Assembly (NCBI RefSeq): GCF_050880385.1
Contig: NZ_JBNZCI010000002.1
Coordinates: 86,682 to 118,681, forward strand
Source of the DNA: Granulicoccus sp. GXG6511
Lineage (GTDB): Bacteria; Actinomycetota; Actinomycetes; Propionibacteriales; Propionibacteriaceae
Length of the DNA: 32,000 nt
Direction: 5' to 3'
The notes beneath the pieces are model-generated. The model worked only from the letters and a program-made list of their open reading frames with translations, searched no databases and was not told the origin of the DNA. Shown here one piece after another: positions 26,543 through 32,000 of the stretch; the first letter of the stretch is position 1, and the number at the start of each line of letters is the position of its first letter. A program made the translations under genes and the position numbers.

Positions 26543-28318
26543 TCACTTTCCGCTGACGACCCGCAGGGACCCGTCGAGACGACGGGTCCAGCCCTTGGCA
26601 TCCAAGTGCTCCAGCAGTGGGATCACCACGCGTCGGGTGGTGTCGAGGGCTTGCCGGGCCTGGCTGGTCGTGAAGGGCTGCGGCAGGCGGACGAGCTCGC
26701 GCATCGCCATCGCGGGTGCCTTGGGCAGCAGGACGATCTGGTCACCGAGGTCAATCAGGCGGGCGAGTCGGACCGCCGCGGCAATTTCGGGCACGCCCAG
26801 CGCGAGTGCGACGAGCTCATCGCGTTCGGGCGCACGGAAGGGCTGTTGGGCGAGCCGCTCCTCGAGCCGACGCAGGCCCTGTTCGGCGCGGCCCAGATCC
26901 GGCAGGGCACCGCGAGGAACGAAATAGCCACCCCGCAGGGTGAGGCCGGCATCCTTCGCGAGGGGCTCGAGAATCGCGATGTCGAGCGGCAGCCCCACGG
27001 CCTCCGTGGCAGCCTGCATCGACATGCGGCCTTGGAGGGGATTCCGCTGGACATGCTCCGTGACGACGCTCCCGAGCGTCTCTCGCCAGGCGTCCCACTG
27101 GGCGGGCGCGATGAACCAGAGCCCTCGCCGCTGCACACCCCGGCTGGCCGAGAGGTCCGCGCCGAGTCGTTCCAGCGTGGTGGCCGCCACGAAGCCCCTG
27201 CGCTCGACCTCCCGCACGAGATCGATCCGCTCCGGCGCTGCCGCCAGCCAGGTGGCCCGGCGCTGGGCCGCACCGCGGCGACCCAACAGGGGCGGGTCGA
27301 CATCGAGCACTACGGCGCCCGCAAGGACCTGTTTGCGGCCGGGGTCACGCAGGACGAGCCGGTCCCCCACCTGCAGCGGCAGCGGCCCCGACCACATGAG
27401 TCGGATGTGCCGGGCGCCGGCCCCCTCACCCGATCCCAGCGGCCGCACCCGTGCCTCGAGGGCGGCCGTCCCGACGTGGACCATGAACCGGTCCGGCAAC
27501 TCGACGTCCGCCGGCACCCGGGCGTCGACGACCTCGGTGTGGTGCCACGGGCCGGTGAGGACGACCGCGCCGCGGCGTACCTCATTCACCCCGACCCCCC
27601 GAAGATTCACCGCGACCCGCGCGACCGCCGAGACCTCGGACACATCGGCTCCCAGCGACTGCAGGTGACGGACGCCGATCTCGCGACCGCCGACCCATAC
27701 CTTGTCCCCCACGCGCAATGAGCCTGCCTCCAAGGTGCCGGTCACCACCGTCCCGGACCCGCGGATCGTGAACGACCGGTCGACCCACAGGCGGGCCCGG
27801 CCGGCGGGGTCGGGAGTCGGCGTCTGCGCGCAGAGCAGATCCAGCGCGGACCGGAGATTGTCCAGCCCTGCGCCGGTCAGCGCGGACACGCTCACGCTGG
27901 GGCAGCCCTCGAGCACCGTCCCCGCGAGGTGCTCCCGTGCCTCTGCCAGTGCCGCGGCGGGGTCGGCAAGATCGCTGCGCGTGATCACCAACAGCCCGCG
28001 TCGCACGCCGAGGGCGTCGATCGCGGCGAGGTGTTCGGTCGACTGTGCTCGCCAGCCCTCGTCAGCGGCGACGACGAACAGCACCGCGGGCGCCGGCCCC
28101 AGGCCGGCAAGCATGTTGGCGATGAACCGCTGATGACCAGGGACGTCGACGAACGCCACGGTCTCGCCCGATGGCAGGGTCGTGTGCGCGTACCCGAGGT
28201 CGATCGTGAGGCCCCGCGCATGTTCCTCCGCCCAGCGATCCGGATCGGTTCCGGTCAGGGCACGGACGAGTGTCGACTTGCCGTGGTCGACATGGCCGGC
28301 GGTTGCGACGACCTTCAC
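26543..28318 (-). CDS. selB: selenocysteine-specific translation elongation factor
   Basis: The GTPase domain reads [39 protein letters not shown] and VITRSD. It is followed by a long C-terminal winged-helix-type extension. GTG at 28316-28318 overlaps the selA stop (GTGA). The gene sits beside selA, selC and selD. Confidence 0.9.
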   Translation of the reverse strand: MKVVATAGHVDHGKSTLVRALTGTDPDRWAEEHARGLTIDLGYAHTTLPSGETVAFVDVPGHQRFIANMLAGLGPAPAVLFVVAADEGWRAQSTEHLAAIDALGVRRGLLVITRSDLADPAAALAEAREHLAGTVLEGCPSVSVSALTGAGLDNLRSALDLLCAQTPTPDPAGRARLWVDRSFTIRGSGTVVTGTLEAGSLRVGDKVWVGGREIGVRHLQSLGADVSEVSAVARVAVNLRGVGVNEVRRGAVVLTGPWHHTEVVDARVPADVELPDRFMVHVGTAALEARVRPLGSGEGAGARHIRLMWSGPLPLQVGDRLVLRDPGRKQVLAGAVVLDVDPPLLGRRGAAQRRATWLAAAPERIDLVREVERRGFVAATTLERLGADLSASRGVQRRGLWFIAPAQWDAWRETLGSVVTEHVQRNPLQGRMSMQAATEAVGLPLDIAILEPLAKDAGLTLRGGYFVPRGALPDLGRAEQGLRRLEERLAQQPFRAPERDELVALALGVPEIAAAVRLARLIDLGDQIVLLPKAPAMAMRELVRLPQPFTTSQARQALDTTRRVVIPLLEHLDAKGWTRRLDGSLRVVSGK

Positions 28319-29700
28319 GCCCCGGCCTCCGCGGCCGTCGCCCGGAACGCCTGCGTGATGGCGCGGACGAGATCGGGGTCTCGCTCGGACGGCACGCACC
28401 GCGGGTCGACCAGGCACGCGCCCTTGTCGGTGCGGGCGAGCACGGCGGGGTCGCCGGTGCGCAGCAGGGGCGCGAGGGCTTCGGGGAGGGCGAGGGCGAA
28501 GCCCTCGAGTGGTACGCCCGGGGCCCCGCCGCCGCCGACATGCCCGGTGTGCGGGACCACCTTGATCGGGGGGGCGTCGAGGCCGTCGCGTTCTGACCCG
28601 TCGGGCGGGTCAAAGGACGACGCCGAAGCACCCACTTCCTCGAGAGCCGCCGCGACGGCGTGGGCCAGCCGCTCGCACCGCTCGCGGAGTGCCACGGGAT
28701 CGGCCCGCCGATAGCGGGTGACGGGCGGGATCGGTCCGGTGAGCGTCGCGTGCAGCGCGGCGAGAGTCAGTTTGTCGATGCGCAGGGCACGGGCCAGCGG
28801 GTGGCGACGAAGTCGGTGCACGAGCGGGCTCTTGCCGAGCAGCAACCCGGCCTGTGGGCCGCCGAACAGCTTGTCACCGGAGGCAATGACCAAGTCGGCG
28901 CCGCGGCTCAGCGCGGTCGCGGCGTCGGGTTCGTCGGGCAGCGCGGGATCGTGGGCGAGAAGTCCGGAGCCGAGGTCGGCGACCACCGGCACGCCGAGTC
29001 CGGTGAGCTCCTCGATCGGCACCGCCGCGGTGAATCCGGACAGGTGGAAATTGCTCGGATGCACCTTGAGGATGCAGCCGGTGTCGGGGCCCACCGCTTG
29101 AGCGTAGTCGGCGAGGTGGGTGCGGTTGGTGGTGCCAACCTCGCGCAGCCGTGCGCCGGTGGACTCGATGAGTTCGTGCAGCCGGAAACCGTCACCGATT
29201 TCGACAAGTTCGCCGCGGGAGACGATCACCTCGCGCCCGGCGGCCAGCGCGGTGGTCGCCAGCACCAACGCGGCAGCCCCGTTGTTGACGATCAACACGT
29301 CCTCCGCCGCGGGACAAGCGGTGCGCAGCGCTGCCAGTGCCTCTGTTCCCCGCCGCGAACGTTTGCCGGTCGCCAGGTCGAGCTCGACGTCGGTATACCC
29401 GGCAGCAGCGCACAACGCATCGACCGCTGCCTTCGACAGGGGCGCGCGGCCGAGATTCGTGTGCACGACGATGCCGGTCGCGTTGAGGACCGGTCCCAGA
29501 GCGGGCGGGCCGGCGAGCAGAGATTCTGCGTACTCCCCGACCTCGGCGACCGGCAGCGAACCCGCGCGGGCCGCGGACTGGGCTGACCGGACGGCCGCCC
29601 GCACCACCTCGGGCCCGAGCCGATCAGCGGCTGCGGCCAGCGACGGCCGTGCGAGAAGCACGTCGGTGCGCGGAATGTGCCGGCGCGGGTCGTCGGTCAC
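28315..29700 (-). CDS. selA: L-seryl-tRNA(Sec) selenium transferase
   Basis: Motifs: [60 protein letters not shown], and [12 protein letters not shown] (PLP lysine). The GTG at 29698-29700 is preceded by a strong SD GAGGAGGG. The track ORF extension to 29928 runs through the tRNA-Sec gene. Confidence 0.92.
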   Translation of the reverse strand: MTDDPRRHIPRTDVLLARPSLAAAADRLGPEVVRAAVRSAQSAARAGSLPVAEVGEYAESLLAGPPALGPVLNATGIVVHTNLGRAPLSKAAVDALCAAAGYTDVELDLATGKRSRRGTEALAALRTACPAAEDVLIVNNGAAALVLATTALAAGREVIVSRGELVEIGDGFRLHELIESTGARLREVGTTNRTHLADYAQAVGPDTGCILKVHPSNFHLSGFTAAVPIEELTGLGVPVVADLGSGLLAHDPALPDEPDAATALSRGADLVIASGDKLFGGPQAGLLLGKSPLVHRLRRHPLARALRIDKLTLAALHATLTGPIPPVTRYRRADPVALRERCERLAHAVAAALEEVGASASSFDPPDGSERDGLDAPPIKVVPHTGHVGGGGAPGVPLEGFALALPEALAPLLRTGDPAVLARTDKGACLVDPRCVPSERDPDLVRAITQAFRATAAEAGA

Positions 29701-29746
29701 CCACCCTCCTCTGATCGTCGGTGAGCGAGTCGGACCAACGAAGTCT

Positions 29747-29842
29747 TGGCGGAGGCGGACGGGAATCGAACCCGCCAGACCGAGATGCTCGGCCTCACCA
29801 GTTTTGAAGACTGGGGGGCCCACCAGGTACCCATACGCCTCC
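29747..29842 (-). tRNA. selC: tRNA-Sec (anticodon UCA)
   Basis: Folded by hand from GGAGGCGTATGGGTACCTGGTGGGCCCCCCAGTCTTCAAAACTGGTGAGGCCGAGCATCTCGGTCTGGCGGGTTCGATTCCCGTCCGCCTCCGCCA. The anticodon arm is CCAGT/CTTCAAA/ACTGG with anticodon TCA. The variable arm has an 8-bp stem (AGGCCGAG-CAT-CTCGGTCT). The T-loop is GGTTCGATTCC. Acceptor plus T stems total 13 bp, the Sec hallmark. Discriminator G and CCA are encoded. Length is 96 nt. Confidence 0.92.
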
Positions 29843-29895
29843 CTTGCGGTGGCCACCTTAGCCCCAGTCGCTGCCGTCCTCATAGGGTGGCCGCC

Positions 29896-30879
29896 ATGGA
29901 GACGAAACGATTGACCGGTTATGCCCATGGCGGCGGCTGCGCGTGCAAGATTCCGCCCGGAGAACTCGAGCAGATGGTGTCAGGACTGGTCGGCGTCGAG
30001 TCGGAAGACCTTGTCGTGGGTCTGGACGACGGCGATGACGCATGCGCGGTGGTGTTCGGTGACAACGGCGAGGTCGCTATCTCGACCACGGACTTCTTCA
30101 CACCGGTCGTGGACAACCCGTTCGATTGGGGTCGGATCGCCGCGGCGAATGCGTTGAGCGATGTGTACGCGATGGGGGGCACCCCGCTGCTCGCGATCAA
30201 CATCCTCGGTTGGCCGCGGGGCGTGCTGCCCGTGGAGCTCGCGACCGAGGTGCTGCGCGGCGGCCTCGAGGTGTGCCGGTCCGCCGGCATTCCCCTCGCC
30301 GGTGGCCACTCCATCGACAATCCGGAACCGATCTATGGCCTGGCCGTGACGGGACGCGGGCACCGGGACCGGCTGCTGCGCAACGACGCGGCCGAGGCCG
30401 GGCTGCCGCTGACACTGACGAAGCCGATCGGCGTCGGGGTGCTGAACAACCGCCACAAGGCGACCGGGGACGTCTTCCCGCAGGCGGTCGAGTCGATGGT
30501 CCGCCTCAATTCCGAGGCTGCGGAGGCTGCGGTCGCCGCCGGGGTCAAGGCCGCCACGGATGTGACCGGGTTCGGCCTGCTGGGTCACCTGTTCAAGATG
30601 TGCCGTGCGTCGGGGGTGTCCGCAGTGATCGACCACGCGGCGGTTCCGGTCCTGGAGGGCGCCCGGGAGTCGATGGCCGAGGGATTCATTCCCGGTGGCA
30701 GCCGGAGGAACCTGGACTGGGTGTCTCCCCACGTGGAGTCCGGCCTGAGCGAGCAGGAGATGATCCTCCTCGCTGACGCCCAGACCTCCGGTGGCCTGCT
30801 GATCGCCGGGGAGATCCCGGGCGGCACCGTGATCGGTGAGCTGGTGCCCGCCCAGGCGCCGGTGATCCGCGTCCGCTGA
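29896..30879 (+). CDS. selD: selenide, water dikinase (selenophosphate synthetase), Cys-type
   Basis: Starts METKRLTGYAHGGGCACKIPPGEL, the glycine-rich N-terminal loop with Cys (TGC at 29938-29940), not Sec. It also has DDACVV-type and PurM-like AIR-synthase fold motifs (TTDFFTPVVDNPFDWGRIAAANALSDVYAMGG, GGHSIDN, TDVTGFGLLGHL). An in-frame GTG at 29887 is an alternative start. Confidence 0.92.
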   Translation: METKRLTGYAHGGGCACKIPPGELEQMVSGLVGVESEDLVVGLDDGDDACAVVFGDNGEVAISTTDFFTPVVDNPFDWGRIAAANALSDVYAMGGTPLLAINILGWPRGVLPVELATEVLRGGLEVCRSAGIPLAGGHSIDNPEPIYGLAVTGRGHRDRLLRNDAAEAGLPLTLTKPIGVGVLNNRHKATGDVFPQAVESMVRLNSEAAEAAVAAGVKAATDVTGFGLLGHLFKMCRASGVSAVIDHAAVPVLEGARESMAEGFIPGGSRRNLDWVSPHVESGLSEQEMILLADAQTSGGLLIAGEIPGGTVIGELVPAQAPVIRVR

Positions 30880-30880
30880 C

Positions 30881-31978
30881 TCAGCTTGGCCACTCGCCGC
30901 CCGGCTGGGTGATTCCCCGGCCGGCGGCGGCGGCCTTGGCGGCACGGGCACGCTGTGGCTTGACCGTGTACTTCGGGTCGTCCGCGGACTTCATCCCCGC
31001 CTCGAAAACGGCAAACCGCGTCGCGACCGAACCCGCCATGAGGGCCGCACCCGAGAGGACGGCTCCGAGACGAGTGCGCCCGAGGAGCGCGGCGCCGACA
31101 CCGCCCGCCACGGTGAGGACCTTGGACGCCTTGTGCAGGGTCTTGGCCGGTTCCTCGTGATAGGGCTCCGCGAGTTCGCCGAGGCGCTTGGTCATCATCT
31201 CGCCGGCCGCCAACTCGGCCGCCGCACCGATCACCGCGAGCGTCCGCGCCGGTGCGGTCTCCGAAGCCGGGGTGGTGATCATCGCCAGACCCGAGCCGGC
31301 AGCGATGCCGGAGCTGACGAAAATGAACGGCAACTCCCGATAGGCCTCGTGCCACGTGGGGAGGGCGGTATCGGACAGCAGGACGCCCGTGTACGCCGCC
31401 AGCGGCGGCGCGAAGAACGCCGACCCCGCAGCCGCGACACCGTCGATGAACTCCACCAGATGGTGACCGATGCCCCCGTCCTGGGGCAGCCACTTGCGAA
31501 CGGCCTCGATCGCCACGCCGACGCCGGCGAAGGCGCCGAACCCGGCCAGGATCCAGGACCCCACCGACATCGGGGAGGTAAGTTTCACCGTGCGCATCAT
31601 GTTGAGCGCACGCTCCGGGCGGCCGAGGTCGCCCGCCAGCGCCGCACCGCCGGCGCCGACCGCGACGATCGCAGCCCACCGACCTCGCGTCCGCAGCTTC
31701 TCCAGCCCGAGGAAATGCGCACCGGCACTGACCAGTCCTGACCCCGCGGCAAGGCCACCGAGGAACAGATAAGCCGGAATCGGCCACTCCCACGGCGGCG
31801 CTTGGATGACGGGTTGGCCGTAGTAACTGCGGAACTCCGCCTCCGGCACCGTCGCGTTGGGATCACCGCCCCCGCGGCGCTTGCGCCGCTCCCCCGGCCG
31901 GCGCTCCGGCATCGGCGGGCGGTCGGAATCGAGCGGCCTGGTCGCACTCGTCTGTGTGCTGGGGCCGGGCGCGGTCAT
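30881..31978 (-). CDS. NrfD/PsrC-type polytopic membrane subunit of a molybdopterin oxidoreductase (likely formate dehydrogenase-type complex)
   Basis: The 365 aa product has a charged N-terminal tail, then FRSYYGQPVIQAPPWEWPIPAYLFLGGLAAGS. This is followed by about 8 hydrophobic helices, typical of NrfD-like quinone-interacting subunits. The SD AGGAGG precedes the ATG at 31978. The ATG overlaps a possible upstream stop (ATGA), implying more operon genes beyond the window. Confidence 0.7.
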   Translation of the reverse strand: MTAPGPSTQTSATRPLDSDRPPMPERRPGERRKRRGGGDPNATVPEAEFRSYYGQPVIQAPPWEWPIPAYLFLGGLAAGSGLVSAGAHFLGLEKLRTRGRWAAIVAVGAGGAALAGDLGRPERALNMMRTVKLTSPMSVGSWILAGFGAFAGVGVAIEAVRKWLPQDGGIGHHLVEFIDGVAAAGSAFFAPPLAAYTGVLLSDTALPTWHEAYRELPFIFVSSGIAAGSGLAMITTPASETAPARTLAVIGAAAELAAGEMMTKRLGELAEPYHEEPAKTLHKASKVLTVAGGVGAALLGRTRLGAVLSGAALMAGSVATRFAVFEAGMKSADDPKYTVKPQRARAAKAAAAGRGITQPGGEWPS

Positions 31979-32000
31979 GAACTCCTCCTGCCGAAAATGC

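Noticed and set aside
29700-29900. selC as an integration hotspot for a genomic island
   Set aside because: tRNA-Sec is a known island attachment site in enterobacteria. Here it is flanked directly by selA and selD, with no integrase, direct repeat of the tRNA 3' end, or foreign-looking genes.
29701-29928. Extensions of the selA ORF (to 29928) and the selD ORF (from 29746) across 29747-29842
   Set aside because: Both run through the tRNA-Sec gene. The selA core starts at a GTG with a strong SD at 29700. The conserved selD N-terminus starts at 29896.
29929-29946. Possible Sec (TGA) codon in the selD active-site loop
   Set aside because: The loop reads GGGCACK with TGC at 29938-29940 and TGC at 29944-29946. 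selD is Cys-type, so there is no recoding here.
20159-31793. Other long antisense or alternate-frame ORFs: 20159..21610, 22868..24262, 26606..27721, 28660..29586, 29980..30951, 30585..31793
   Set aside because: All overlap genes with strong family signatures (lpdA-like, phosphosugar mutase, selB, selA, selD, NrfD-like). All show the compositional bias of non-coding frames in high-GC DNA.
1-32000. CRISPR arrays, IS elements, prophage or defence-island content
   Set aside because: I saw no regularly spaced repeat array, no transposase, integrase or recombinase-like ORF, and no block of short hypothetical genes. The window is housekeeping and core metabolism throughout.

Overview
High-GC, gene-dense actinobacterial core chromosome with strong third-position GC bias and many stop-free antisense shadow ORFs. 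I call 31 CDS (one truncated at the left edge) and one tRNA. I found no rRNA, CRISPR array, transposase, integrase or phage gene. Left to right: two divergent LCP-type envelope genes; a DUF4333 lipoprotein; fadE25-like acyl-CoA dehydrogenase; EI24-type membrane protein-purE-purK; an alpha/beta hydrolase; GtrA-like protein; birA <> accD5/pccB-accE-DUF937-maf; a lipoprotein <> decaprenyl-phosphate phosphoribosyltransferase; an LpqH-like lipoprotein; quinol-type nitric oxide reductase (qNOR); accA3-type biotin carboxylase/BCCP; a membrane protein with (E/D)GIG repeats; SIRT4-like sirtuin plus single-Cys LpdA-like flavoprotein; xthA <> punA-phosphosugar mutase; metG; and a full selenocysteine toolkit (selB, selA, tRNA-Sec, divergent selD) beside an NrfD-type membrane subunit gene at the right edge. 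From memory, gene order resembles M. tuberculosis Rv3274c-Rv3285 and Rv3303c-Rv3308, with extra genes interspersed. I do not see a clearly novel multi-gene system. The points most worth follow-up are the Sec cluster, whose selenoprotein target must lie just past the right edge, the sirtuin/LpdA-like pair, the qNOR gene with its repeat-rich AT-richer upstream region, the tandem repeat upstream of accA3, and the EGIG-repeat protein. All family calls come from motifs read by eye; no searches were run.
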